Counted from the first letter of the stretch, positions 25,738 to 36,623 are shown. The stretch: 55,102 nucleotides of DNA from an uncultured bacterium (GCA_937903035.1 CALCZP010000003.1:131156-186257), one strand, 5' to 3'. The notes: generated from the sequence alone by a model not told the origin. Translations and numbers: made by a program.

Positions 25738-26785
25738 AACACTCTTTCGTGATCTGATCAAAATAATGATTGAACAAGGTGCGTCAGACCTCCACCTTGG
25801 TGCGGGGCGTTACCCCGGTATTCGCGTTAATGGTGACCTCACGCAACTCATGGCGCAGCCAATCCTTACACAGGAAGATATGAACGGCATATTACAGTCA
25901 GTTCTTTCCGAGGATAAATATAATAAATTTATTACAAAACAGGAGCTTGACTTCTCCTATGAATATGAGGTTGGTGCACGTCTTCGCGTAAATGCATTTG
26001 TACAACAAGCAAAGTTTGTGATGGTGCTTCGTCTGATTCCCCAAGTGCGCACCTTTGAAGAATTGAAACTCCCGCCAATCCTTGCTGAATTCGCACACAA
26101 AAAACAAGGATTCTTTTTGGTGGTAGGTCCTGTTGGTAGTGGTAAGTCTTCGTCCCTTGCTGCCATGATCAACCTCATCAATGAAGAGCGTCCTGCGCAT
26201 ATCCTCACGATTGAGGATCCGGTTGAGTATGTCTACACACCAAAAAAGTCAGTGATTGACCAGCGTGAAATCGGTCTTGATACCGAAAGTTTCCCAGTTG
26301 CACTCAAAAGCGCACTCCGTGAAGATATGAACGTGATCTTGATCGGTGAGATGCGAAATGCAGAGACGATCGGTGCTGCGGTGACTGCAGCTGAGACGGG
26401 GCACTTGGTGTTCTCAACTCTTCATACGAACACGGCAGGGCAGACGGTGGACCGTATTATCGATTCATTCCCTGGCGATCAACAGGATCAGGTGCGTATG
26501 CAGCTTGCGGCATCACTCCTTGGGGTGTTCTCCCAGCGACTTATTCCCGGAGTAAATGGTGGTCGTGTTCCTGCGTACGAGCTTCTCATCAACAATACTG
26601 CCGTTGCAAACTTGATCCGTGAAAAGCGCACTCATGAGATTGATATGGTTATTGAGACAGGCTTTGAGCTTGGTATGGTTGATATGAACCGTTGTTTGGT
26701 TGATCTCGTGAAGCAGGGACTGATCACTGTTGAGAATGCGTACGCCTATTCGACTAACCCAAAGAACTTGGAGCGCCTCCTTTAA
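25727..26785 (+). CDS. pilT: twitching-motility (retraction) ATPase PilT
   Basis: Walker A GPVGSGKSSSLAAMI, VILIGEMRN, TGHLVFSTLHTN, 352 aa. Confidence 0.95.
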   Translation: MDYKTLFRDLIKIMIEQGASDLHLGAGRYPGIRVNGDLTQLMAQPILTQEDMNGILQSVLSEDKYNKFITKQELDFSYEYEVGARLRVNAFVQQAKFVMVLRLIPQVRTFEELKLPPILAEFAHKKQGFFLVVGPVGSGKSSSLAAMINLINEERPAHILTIEDPVEYVYTPKKSVIDQREIGLDTESFPVALKSALREDMNVILIGEMRNAETIGAAVTAAETGHLVFSTLHTNTAGQTVDRIIDSFPGDQQDQVRMQLAASLLGVFSQRLIPGVNGGRVPAYELLINNTAVANLIREKRTHEIDMVIETGFELGMVDMNRCLVDLVKQGLITVENAYAYSTNPKNLERLL

Positions 26786-26788
26786 TCT

Positions 26789-27997
26789 ATGCTTTTTCAC
26801 TACACTGCACTTACTGATAAGGGAGTAAAACAAGATGGCACCATTGATGCGGCAACACGCGATCTTGCTTCTGCGGGTTTGCAGCGTCGCGGATTGATCG
26901 TGACGTCAATCAAGAGTGAGGAAGAAAACAAAAAATGGTTTGAGATCAGCCTCTTTGAAAAGGTGCCGATGAAAGAAATCGTCATCCTCTCACGTCAGAT
27001 GTCCACACTGTTTGAAGCACAGGTTTCTGCACTCAAGGCATTCTCACTCCTTGCAAACAATACTGAAAACAAACTCCTCAGTCGCAAGCTCAACCAGATT
27101 GTGACTGATCTGCAGGGAGGTTCATCGATTGCAGGTGCGCTCGGCAAACACAAAGATGTTTTCTCAGATTTTTATATCAATATGATCAAGGCAGGTGAGG
27201 AGTCAGGTAAGCTCACCTCAGTGTTTGCATTCATGGCTGACTATCTCGATCGTCAGTATGCATTGACCTCCAAGACCAAGCATGCACTCGTATATCCAGC
27301 ATTCGTTATTGGCATCTTCTTCGTGGTGATGGGACTTATGTTTACGGTCGTGATCCCAAAGCTCTCAGGTATTATCAAAGAAAGTGGGCAGGATGTACCG
27401 TTTTATACCAAAGCAGTGATGGCTATATCTGACTTCACCGTGCAGTACGGTATATTTTTCCTCATTATTGTTGCGGCAGCTATTGGCTATATGATCCACT
27501 TGTCACGTACCAAAAAAGGAAAGGAGGTTCTTGATGAGCTTGCACTCTCTATCCCGATTGTTGGTAATCTCTATCAAAAGCTCTATCTTGCTCGTATTGC
27601 GGATAACATGGATACGATGCTCTCATCTGGTATTCCGATTATTCGTGCAATCGAGATTACTGCCGGTGTGGTAGGAAATAAACGCTATCAAAAAGTGTTG
27701 ATGGAGTCGATGGAGGCGGTAAAGGCCGGAAAGCCATTCTCTCAAGCGCTTGAAGCGCATCCCAAGGAAATTCCAAAACTCATGCCGCAGATCATCAAGG
27801 TTGGTGAAGAAACTGGTAGCATGGGATCTATTCTCAAGATGCTCGCGAAGTTCTATAACCGTGAGGTGAATGAAGCCGTGGATACACTGGTGGGTCTGAT
27901 CGAGCCATTCATGATCATCTCGCTCGGTCTCGGTGTTGGGGTGCTCTTGGTCTCGGTGTTGGTGCCTATCTACAACATCGCTGGGGGTATCCAATAG
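26789..27997 (+). CDS. pilC: type IV pilus platform protein PilC/GspF family
   Basis: Two GspF-type repeats and three TM segments; 402 aa. Confidence 0.9.
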   Translation: MLFHYTALTDKGVKQDGTIDAATRDLASAGLQRRGLIVTSIKSEEENKKWFEISLFEKVPMKEIVILSRQMSTLFEAQVSALKAFSLLANNTENKLLSRKLNQIVTDLQGGSSIAGALGKHKDVFSDFYINMIKAGEESGKLTSVFAFMADYLDRQYALTSKTKHALVYPAFVIGIFFVVMGLMFTVVIPKLSGIIKESGQDVPFYTKAVMAISDFTVQYGIFFLIIVAAAIGYMIHLSRTKKGKEVLDELALSIPIVGNLYQKLYLARIADNMDTMLSSGIPIIRAIEITAGVVGNKRYQKVLMESMEAVKAGKPFSQALEAHPKEIPKLMPQIIKVGEETGSMGSILKMLAKFYNREVNEAVDTLVGLIEPFMIISLGLGVGVLLVSVLVPIYNIAGGIQ

Positions 27998-28028
27998 GGT
28001 ATATCCTTGCATTTCCTGCAGGAACACG

Positions 28029-28037
28029 TGGTATACT
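28029..28037 (+). promoter_or_regulatory. extended -10 box TGgTATACT upstream of the pilin gene
   Basis: TGGTATACT at 28029-28037, which predicts a leader of about 60 nt to ATG 28104. Confidence 0.4.
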
Positions 28038-28103
28038 TATATGGTTACAAGGTTTTGTAATAATCGATTATTATCAGTTCGGTTTAGTAAATTAAATTTG
28101 TTT

Positions 28104-28556
28104 ATGAAAAAGAATCTTACACGTGGTTCAAAGGGTTTTACCCTCATTGAGCTCCTCGTGGTTATCGCGATCATTGGTATCCTCGCTTCAGTTGTCCTCG
28201 CGTCACTCAACAGTGCGCGTTCAAAGGGTGCAGATGCTGCGATCAAAGCAGGCATGGCAAACGCTCGTGCACAGGCTGAGCTCTACTATGATGCTGGTTC
28301 AACCTATGCATCAGTATGTACTGGTACCAATGGTATCGGAACAATTCTTGCTGGTGCTGCAAAGAGTGCTGGTATCGCTGCTGTTACTACAGGTGCTGCT
28401 TCAGCAACTACTGCAACATGTAATGACAGTGCTGCTGCATGGGCTGCAGAAATCCCGCTCAAGACTGCAGGTGCTGGATACTACTGTGTTGACTCAACTG
28501 GTGCTTCAAAAGTAAACGCTACTGTTGGAACATCAGCTTCTGATTACACTTGCTAA
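28104..28556 (+). CDS. pilA: major type IV pilin (prepilin with class III signal peptide)
   Basis: MKKNLTRGSKG|FTLIELLVVIAIIGILASVVLASL cleavage/methylation motif with E5, and four C-terminal Cys. Confidence 0.9.
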   Translation: MKKNLTRGSKGFTLIELLVVIAIIGILASVVLASLNSARSKGADAAIKAGMANARAQAELYYDAGSTYASVCTGTNGIGTILAGAAKSAGIAAVTTGAASATTATCNDSAAAWAAEIPLKTAGAGYYCVDSTGASKVNATVGTSASDYTC

Positions 28557-28576
28557 TACTTTCATAAGTATAAGCT

Positions 28577-28606
28577 CAAAACACTCCGCTCGAGCGGAGT
28601 GTTTTG
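28577..28606 (+). terminator. intrinsic terminator after the pilin gene
   Basis: AAAACACTCCGCTCGAGCGGAGTGTTTTGTTTT. Confidence 0.75.
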
Positions 28607-28624
28607 TTTTCTAGGAGAGAGAGG

Positions 28625-28633
28625 TGGTACAAT
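28625..28633 (+). promoter_or_regulatory. extended -10 box TGgTACAAT 6 nt upstream of the pilD ATG
   Basis: TGGTACAAT at 28625-28633 and ATG at 28640. Confidence 0.45.
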
Positions 28634-28639
28634 ACATGC

Positions 28640-29431
28640 ATGATGTTTATACCACTTGTTGTGTTTGCGTTTGGGCTGTTGATCGGAAGTTTCCTCAATG
28701 TTGTCATCCTTCGGATGAACACAGGACGTACAGTAGTGAAGGGTAGATCAAAGTGTGCACGCTGTAACCAGGTACTTGCTTGGCATGATCTCATCCCAGT
28801 TATTTCTTTCTTAGGTCTTCGCGGCAAGTGTCGACAGTGTCGTGCGCCAATCTCATTTCAGTATCCACTTGTTGAACTTACCACTGGTATTGTTTTTGTA
28901 GTACTGTACGCACATCTTTTGGCACCATTTTATTTCACTATGCTCGCATGGATGTCTTTTGTATTCTCATGTGGTATTGCCGCATTATTGATTGTGATTA
29001 CGGTTTATGATCTGAAGCACAAGATTATTCCTGATATGGTGGTATACCCTTTTATACTGCTTGCTGCGGCTTCTATGTTTTGGAAAGCGGTGTATTTTCC
29101 TGGATTTGGATTACTTCAAGCATTACTTGGTGGGGTAGTTGTTGCACTTCCATTTTTCTTGCTTTGGTTTCTCTCAAAAGGCAAGCTGATGGGCTTTGGT
29201 GATGTGAAGCTTGCACTCGGTATGGGGTGGCTCCTTGGATTTGCTAGTGGTATGACAGCAGTACTCCTCTCATTTTGGTTTGGTGGTGCAGTTGGACTGA
29301 TCTTGCTTGCTATTTCACGCAAACATTCCATGCGCTCAGAAGTACCGTTTGCACCATTTATGATTACCGCGATATTCGTCGTTGGTGTATGGGGTGTCAT
29401 GATTGATACACTCTTTCCAGTATGGCTATAA
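28640..29431 (+). CDS. pilD: prepilin peptidase / N-methyltransferase (A24 family) PilD
   Basis: CARCNQVLAWHDLIPVISFLGLRGKCRQCRAPISFQYPLVEL, catalytic Asp contexts (VYDLKHKIIPD, GFGDVKL), polytopic membrane protein. Confidence 0.9.
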   Translation: MMFIPLVVFAFGLLIGSFLNVVILRMNTGRTVVKGRSKCARCNQVLAWHDLIPVISFLGLRGKCRQCRAPISFQYPLVELTTGIVFVVLYAHLLAPFYFTMLAWMSFVFSCGIAALLIVITVYDLKHKIIPDMVVYPFILLAAASMFWKAVYFPGFGLLQALLGGVVVALPFFLLWFLSKGKLMGFGDVKLALGMGWLLGFASGMTAVLLSFWFGGAVGLILLAISRKHSMRSEVPFAPFMITAIFVVGVWGVMIDTLFPVWL

Positions 29432-30078
29432 AGAGACATTTACAAGCAGGAGTTACGCTCGTTGAGCTTATCGTGGTGGTAGCAATATTTGGACTTGTTT
29501 CAAGTGTGCTCTTCTATAACTATTCTGACTTTAGTACCAATGTATCGGTTAAGAATCTAGCGCAGGATATGGCGCTTTCGATTCGTAAGGCACAGACCTA
29601 TGCAACAAGTGTTCGTACAATTGACTCGGCACAAGGACTCACCACTGATCGGTATTCTGGGTATGGTATGTCGTTTGCACTCGGTACCTCTGCGACTTCG
29701 ACAGTGATCTCTGAGCCTACCAGTAAGGCATTCGTTCTCTTTGCAGATATTCCGTCTAATGGTACTACGTACGGCAATGGTATATATGAAGGCGCTGATG
29801 AATGTGGGGTACCAGCGGCTGGAAGTGAATGTCTCGAAGGATTTGGTATAAACTCAGCTGACAAAATCACCAAAATCTGTACTGATACAGGGTGTCAAGA
29901 TAGTGGGCAGGTAAATGTACTGTTTCGTCGTCCAAGTCCTGAGGCTGAGATTTGTGTAGTGCAAGGAGGAAGCTGTCAGTCAGCAAAGTCATCCTTTTTG
30001 AAAGTAACAATCCAATCACCTAAGGGTCTAGAAAAAGTCGTGACGGTATGGAACACGGGACAGATTGGTGTGCAATAA
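29422..30078 (+). CDS. minor pilin / pseudopilin
   Basis: N-terminal QAG|VTLVELIVVVAIFGL prepilin motif. Confidence 0.75.
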   Translation: MAIKRHLQAGVTLVELIVVVAIFGLVSSVLFYNYSDFSTNVSVKNLAQDMALSIRKAQTYATSVRTIDSAQGLTTDRYSGYGMSFALGTSATSTVISEPTSKAFVLFADIPSNGTTYGNGIYEGADECGVPAAGSECLEGFGINSADKITKICTDTGCQDSGQVNVLFRRPSPEAEICVVQGGSCQSAKSSFLKVTIQSPKGLEKVVTVWNTGQIGVQ

Positions 30079-30082
30079 TAGT

Positions 30083-30688
30083 ATGGTGAAATCATTTTCT
30101 CACAACAAGCAGGCAGGATTTACACTCATTGAGCTTATGGTGGCGCTTACACTGTTTGTTGTGGTAGTAATGGCCGCAATCAGCTCGCTCTATACAGTCA
30201 ATAATGCATCAAAAAAAGTACAGGCAATGCGTATTGTGCTTGATAATCTGAACTTTGGTATGGAGTCGATGTCACGCACGATTCGAACAGGGAACCATAT
30301 TGTTTGTGGTGGTACTCAAAACCAAAGTGGTAACAGTAACTGCCCGTATGCTGACACAGGGACTGAGGCTGGCGAATGTCTTTCACTTTCAAGTACACTT
30401 GGTCGCGATGTAGAAGTGCAATACTGTTTGCGTATGGGTGCTGATGGTCAGCGAGGTGAGATTCAAAAACAGACCAAAGATGAAAATGGTACGTGGTCTA
30501 ACTGGGTGTCGATGACTGCACCAGAAATTGATGTGCAGAAACTCCAGTTTTATGTTGATGGTGCAAACACTGCAGATCTTCGTCAGCCAAGCGTAGTAAT
30601 AATTGCTGAAGGCATCGCAAGTGCAGGGACGGAAAACACGGCGCCGTTTAGTATTCAAACCTATGTCTCACAACGAGCAACCAAATAA
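30083..30688 (+). CDS. minor pilin / pseudopilin
   Basis: N-terminal KQAG|FTLIELMVALTLFVVVV prepilin motif. Confidence 0.75.
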   Translation: MVKSFSHNKQAGFTLIELMVALTLFVVVVMAAISSLYTVNNASKKVQAMRIVLDNLNFGMESMSRTIRTGNHIVCGGTQNQSGNSNCPYADTGTEAGECLSLSSTLGRDVEVQYCLRMGADGQRGEIQKQTKDENGTWSNWVSMTAPEIDVQKLQFYVDGANTADLRQPSVVIIAEGIASAGTENTAPFSIQTYVSQRATK

Positions 30689-30689
30689 T

Positions 30690-31280
30690 ATGAAGCAAAA
30701 AGGATTTACATTGATTGAAACACTCGTTGCTATCCTCATTCTGTCGATGACGGTTGGTGCACTACTTTCACTTGCGGCAGGAGGGTTTTATTCGGTACGA
30801 TATGGACGCAATCAAATTGTCGCAAACAATTTACTCCAAGAATCACTCGAATATGTGAGAAACAGTCGAGACACTGCATTTCTCCAAGGGGCAGATTGGC
30901 AAGGATGGCTTCAAATGCTCAGTGTTGATACACAGGGGCAACCTGTTGTATCTAGTGGTCGCGGAGCAGGCGGTGCTGGATGTTTTGGTCCAACTGGTTG
31001 TTATGTTGATCCATATACAGCAACCGCGCCAATTAAGGCATGTTCAAGAGTATGTCCCGCAGTAGAATATTATGCAGATCAGTCATTATATGGATACGAC
31101 GGCTCATATCCATTTTCAGGTAGTGAATCTGTTACGACTTCGTATGTCAGAACGATTAGTGTTACGAGGTCCACACTTGATCAAGATCAAGTAGTAGTCA
31201 CCGGCACTATTTCGTGGCTTGATGGTCAGACTACAAAAAGACTGACACAATCAATCGTAATCGCAAACTGGAGACCATGA
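30690..31280 (+). CDS. minor pilin / pseudopilin
   Basis: N-terminal MKQKG|FTLIETLVAILILSM prepilin motif. Confidence 0.75.
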   Translation: MKQKGFTLIETLVAILILSMTVGALLSLAAGGFYSVRYGRNQIVANNLLQESLEYVRNSRDTAFLQGADWQGWLQMLSVDTQGQPVVSSGRGAGGAGCFGPTGCYVDPYTATAPIKACSRVCPAVEYYADQSLYGYDGSYPFSGSESVTTSYVRTISVTRSTLDQDQVVVTGTISWLDGQTTKRLTQSIVIANWRP

Positions 31281-31984
31281 TGAAACAACACACTACAACA
31301 AATGGTTTTGCAATGCTCTTTACGGTACTCGTCATGAGTTTAATATTGACGATTGCGGTTGGTATTTCAAATACGACATTCAAACAGACTATTCTCTCGA
31401 GTCTTGCAAAAGATTCTCAGGCTGCGTTTTACCAAGCTGACTCCGCAATGGAGTGTGCACTCTACTATGATATTACCAAGGAGTGGTTTGCATTGAATCT
31501 TTCACTTGATCAGGTGCCACTGACATTAGCTTGTGGTGATGCAGTATTATCACTTGATACGATTGTCAGTTCTCAAAATTATCTCCTGTATACACAGAGA
31601 GTTACTGATCCGACAAAAGGATGTTTTGGTATATTGTTTGATAAAGCAACAAACCCACTTTTTTCAGTTGTACAGGCAAAAGGCTATAACGTTTGTCAGG
31701 ATAATCCTCGAAAGGTAGAGCGCGTACTTGAGGTTCGCTATGCTGAAAGTCCTTCAGGATCCGGAGTTATTGTGCCACCGATTGATCCGGGATTAGGAGG
31801 AGGTACGTTTGATCCAATTACTCCTGTAGGTGGTGATCTTGGAGGTGAAATAAGTCCTACTGATAATGGTGGAGGTCCACGAACAGGAGGAACACCTGTT
31901 AAGGGGGGTGGTCGCGATGACGCAGGGCCACAAAACGGTGGTGATACTGGTGTCAGTGGCTTGCAAACAGACCTTGGCGAATAG
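31277..31984 (+). CDS. PilX/GspK-like minor pilin lacking E5, with a Gly/Pro-rich C-terminal tail
   Basis: TTNG|FAMLFTVLVMSLILTIAVG with no Glu at +5. The last ~75 aa are low-complexity: PPIDPGLGGGTFDPITPVGGDLGGE...GGGRDDAGPQNGGDTG. Confidence 0.55.
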   Translation: MMKQHTTTNGFAMLFTVLVMSLILTIAVGISNTTFKQTILSSLAKDSQAAFYQADSAMECALYYDITKEWFALNLSLDQVPLTLACGDAVLSLDTIVSSQNYLLYTQRVTDPTKGCFGILFDKATNPLFSVVQAKGYNVCQDNPRKVERVLEVRYAESPSGSGVIVPPIDPGLGGGTFDPITPVGGDLGGEISPTDNGGGPRTGGTPVKGGGRDDAGPQNGGDTGVSGLQTDLGE

Positions 31985-34007
<2,023 letters not shown>

Positions 34008-34013
34008 ATCCCC

Positions 34014-34289
34014 ATGAATACCGATCAGGTAAAAAAACTCGCACATTTGGCACGGCTTTCGGTGTCTGACGCAGAACTCGAAGCATTAGCAAAGGAGATG
34101 GATAGTATCCTTGGGTTTGTCGATGAAATTCAGAAAGTAGAAATACCTGATATGGCTACTGTGCTTGGTGACACGAATATCTTTCGTGATGATGTGGTCG
34201 CGCCGATTGTACCAACGCATGACTTGATCGAGGCTGCACCAATGCATCAGGATCATTTTGTGAAGGTACCAAAAGTAATCGGTGAATAA
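34014..34289 (+). CDS. gatC: Asp/Glu-tRNA amidotransferase subunit C
   Basis: VKKLAHLARLSVSDAELEALAKEMDSILGFVDEIQKV; 91 aa; precedes gatA. Confidence 0.9.
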   Translation: MNTDQVKKLAHLARLSVSDAELEALAKEMDSILGFVDEIQKVEIPDMATVLGDTNIFRDDVVAPIVPTHDLIEAAPMHQDHFVKVPKVIGE

Positions 34290-34292
34290 TAT

Positions 34293-35681
34293 ATGGAAAC
34301 TATCGCTGATATCCAAAACAAAATACAGGCAGGTGAGCGTATTCTTGATATTGCTCGTGAATACGAGGCAAAAGCTCGTGCTGATACGCGCAATATTTTC
34401 CGTGAAGTATTTGCTGATATCGAGGCACAAGCACTTGCTGCAGAAGAGATATTGAAATCAGGAAAAGGTACAGCACTTACCGGTGTGCCAGTCGCCATCA
34501 AAGACAACATTCTCTTTGCAGAACATCATGCAGGTGCAAGTTCAAAAATACTTGAAGACTACATCGCAAGTTATGACTCGACCGCAGTTGCTGCACTCCG
34601 TGCGGCAGGTGCAATTATTATCGGTCGTACGAACATGGATGAATTTGCGATGGGGTCATCAACTGAGAACTCTGCGTATGGGGTGACCAAAAATCCGATC
34701 GATGAAACCAAAGTTCCTGGAGGTTCGTCTGGTGGATCTGCTGCAGCTGTTGCTGCCGGGCTTGCAGTTGTCGCACTCGGGTCTGATACCGGTGGATCTA
34801 TTCGTCAGCCTGCGGCATTTTGTGGTGTGGTTGGTATGCTTCCGACCTATGGCACGGTCTCTCGGCACGGCCTCATGGCAATGGGATCATCGCTTGATGT
34901 CATAGGTCCATTCGCGCACACAATCAGTGATGCACAGACACTCTATGATGTTATTAGTACCTATGATGCACATGACAGCACTTGCGTGCCTGTTGAAAAA
35001 AGACTTGCACCAAAAGAATTAAAAAAGCATATTGCTGTACCAAAAGGTATTTGGAATGATGGCGTTGATCCTGAGGTTAAGGCAAATTTTGAGGTAACAG
35101 TTACAAAGCTCAAATCACAAGGCTATACAATTGATGAGATCGAGCTTCCGCATTTTGCAAATGCGCTTGCGGTCTATTATATATTGATGCCTGCCGAAGT
35201 CTCGTCAAACCTTGCGCGCTTTGATGGTATTCGCTATGGATCACGCGTTGGTGAGGGAAGCATTCATGATCTCTATGGTGATACCCGTGGTGCACTATTC
35301 GGACCAGAGACTCGTCGTCGTATTTTGCTCGGTACCTATGTACTCTCGCATGGGTATTATGATGCGTACTATAACAAAGCGATCGCGGTGCGTATGGTGA
35401 TACGTGCAGAGCTTGAAAAAGCATTTGAAACCTACGATGCAATCATTACCCCAACCACTCCTACACCGGCATTCGGTATCGGAGAAAAAGCGAATCATCC
35501 GCTCGCGATGTACCTGTCTGATCTCTATACCGTACCCGCAAACATCGCACAGGTGCCTGCACTTTCCGTACCAAGTGGTATGACTGTTTCAGGACTTCCG
35601 CTCGGCGTTCAGGTGATTGGTCCACAATTTGGCGAACAGATACTCTTTACCATTGGCGCAAGTATCGAACATATACGATAA
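34293..35681 (+). CDS. gatA: Asp/Glu-tRNA amidotransferase subunit A
   Basis: Amidase signature GGSSGGSAAAVAAG ... GSDTGGSIRQPAAFCG. Confidence 0.95.
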   Translation: METIADIQNKIQAGERILDIAREYEAKARADTRNIFREVFADIEAQALAAEEILKSGKGTALTGVPVAIKDNILFAEHHAGASSKILEDYIASYDSTAVAALRAAGAIIIGRTNMDEFAMGSSTENSAYGVTKNPIDETKVPGGSSGGSAAAVAAGLAVVALGSDTGGSIRQPAAFCGVVGMLPTYGTVSRHGLMAMGSSLDVIGPFAHTISDAQTLYDVISTYDAHDSTCVPVEKRLAPKELKKHIAVPKGIWNDGVDPEVKANFEVTVTKLKSQGYTIDEIELPHFANALAVYYILMPAEVSSNLARFDGIRYGSRVGEGSIHDLYGDTRGALFGPETRRRILLGTYVLSHGYYDAYYNKAIAVRMVIRAELEKAFETYDAIITPTTPTPAFGIGEKANHPLAMYLSDLYTVPANIAQVPALSVPSGMTVSGLPLGVQVIGPQFGEQILFTIGASIEHIR

Positions 35682-35688
35682 TATATAC

Positions 35689-36300
35689 ATGCAGCCTGCT
35701 CCTGACCCTGTATTTCTCAATATTGAATATGTGTTTCTGTGGATCTATAACCATACGATCGGTCTTTTTGGAGGTGGATCACTCGGAGGATTTTTCTTTT
35801 TTCTGAAAACACTTGCGGTCATTATTGCGATATTACTTATTACGCTTATTTTGTACTGTCTTGTTCGCTTTTATGAACTTCGTGAAGAAGACAAGAAAAA
35901 AGAAGCTGCGGCACAAAAAACTACTACACCTGTAGCAGGTCCCACTGCAGTGGTTATCCCATCAGGTGCAGTTGGTATTGGTCGTAATGAGACATGGGAA
36001 AACATTCGTGGGAAGCTCCTCTCTGATAATCAAAGTGATTGGAGACTTGCGATTATTGAGGCAGATATTTATCTGGATCGACTTCTTGAGAATAAGGGGT
36101 ACAATGGTGACACGATTGGAGACAAGCTCAAGCAGATCACGCCAAATGTTCTTGGTTCAGTACAGATTGCCTGGGAGGCGCATAAAGTTCGCAATCGTAT
36201 CGCGCACGAAGGCGCTGACTTTACCCTGACGCAGCCTGAAGTGCGTCGCGTGCTTTCATACTACGAAATTGTCTTTCGTGATCTTGGTGCAATAGAATAA
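35689..36300 (+). CDS. hypothetical membrane-anchored protein with a C-terminal Rx4H (DUF4145/HEPN-like) motif
   Basis: TM segments FFFFLKTLAVIIAILLITLILYCLV, and a C-terminal helical domain with AWEAHKVRNRIAHEG. Confidence 0.55.
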   Translation: MQPAPDPVFLNIEYVFLWIYNHTIGLFGGGSLGGFFFFLKTLAVIIAILLITLILYCLVRFYELREEDKKKEAAAQKTTTPVAGPTAVVIPSGAVGIGRNETWENIRGKLLSDNQSDWRLAIIEADIYLDRLLENKGYNGDTIGDKLKQITPNVLGSVQIAWEAHKVRNRIAHEGADFTLTQPEVRRVLSYYEIVFRDLGAIE

Positions 36301-36303
36301 GGG

Positions 36304-36332
36304 TTGCAAAGCAAGAAGTGGTCTTGTACAAT
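36304..36332 (+). promoter_or_regulatory. promoter of the first CAU tRNA
   Basis: TTGCAA, a 17-nt spacer, then TACAAT (36327-36332), about 34 nt upstream of the tRNA 5' end. Confidence 0.5.
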
Positions 36333-36365
36333 CCAAACCGTTCAATAGATAGTTGATATATACAC

Positions 36366-36436
36366 CGCGGGGTAGAGAAGTGGTATCTCGTAAGGCTCAT
36401 AACCTTAAGGCTCTGGTTCGATTCCAGACCCCGCAA
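36366..36436 (+). tRNA. tRNA-Met (CAU), initiator-like
   Basis: CGCGGGG...CCCCGCA gives the C1xA72 mismatch typical of bacterial initiators. Anticodon arm TAAGG-CTCATAA-CCTTA. Short D and variable loops; 71 nt; no CCA. Confidence 0.8.
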
Positions 36437-36444
36437 CAATAAGC

Positions 36445-36468
36445 AAAAGCTCCCAAACGGGAGCTTTT
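36445..36468 (+). terminator. intrinsic terminator after tRNA-Met
   Basis: AAAAGCTCCC-AAAC-GGGAGCTTTT. Confidence 0.7.
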
Positions 36469-36471
36469 GTG

Positions 36472-36499
36472 TTGAAATATAGACGCGATATGGTATATT
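36472..36499 (+). promoter_or_regulatory. promoter of the second CAU tRNA
   Basis: TTGAAA, a 16-nt spacer ending in TGG, then TATATT (extended -10 at 36491-36499). Confidence 0.5.
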
Positions 36500-36519
36500 C
36501 TGGGAGCACTTTCGTACTT

Positions 36520-36593
36520 GTCGGCGTAGCTCAGTTGGTTAGAGCGTAGCATTCATAACGCTAAGGTCGGTGGATCGTGCCCACCCGTCGACA
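36520..36593 (+). tRNA. tRNA with CAU anticodon (elongator Met, or Ile2 if lysidinylated), atypical T-loop
   Basis: Acceptor GTCGGCG/CGTCGAC with one G.U pair. Anticodon arm TAGCA-TTCATAA-CGCTA with an A31.C39 mismatch. T-arm GGTGG-ATCGTGC-CCACC. Confidence 0.7.
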
Positions 36594-36614
36594 CCTTACA
36601 ATCTGCAAAGATTG

Positions 36615-36623
36615 TGATACAAT
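36615..36623 (+). promoter_or_regulatory. extended -10 box TGaTACAAT upstream of tRNA-Asp
   Basis: TGATACAAT at 36615-36623; the tRNA starts at 36643. Confidence 0.4.

Noticed and set aside
27933-28103. Long N-terminal extension of the pilin ORF.
   Set aside because: Prepilin leader peptides are short and basic. MKKNLTRGSKG|FTLIEL at 28104 is the canonical class III signal. The extension overlaps the pilC 3' end and the pilin promoter box.
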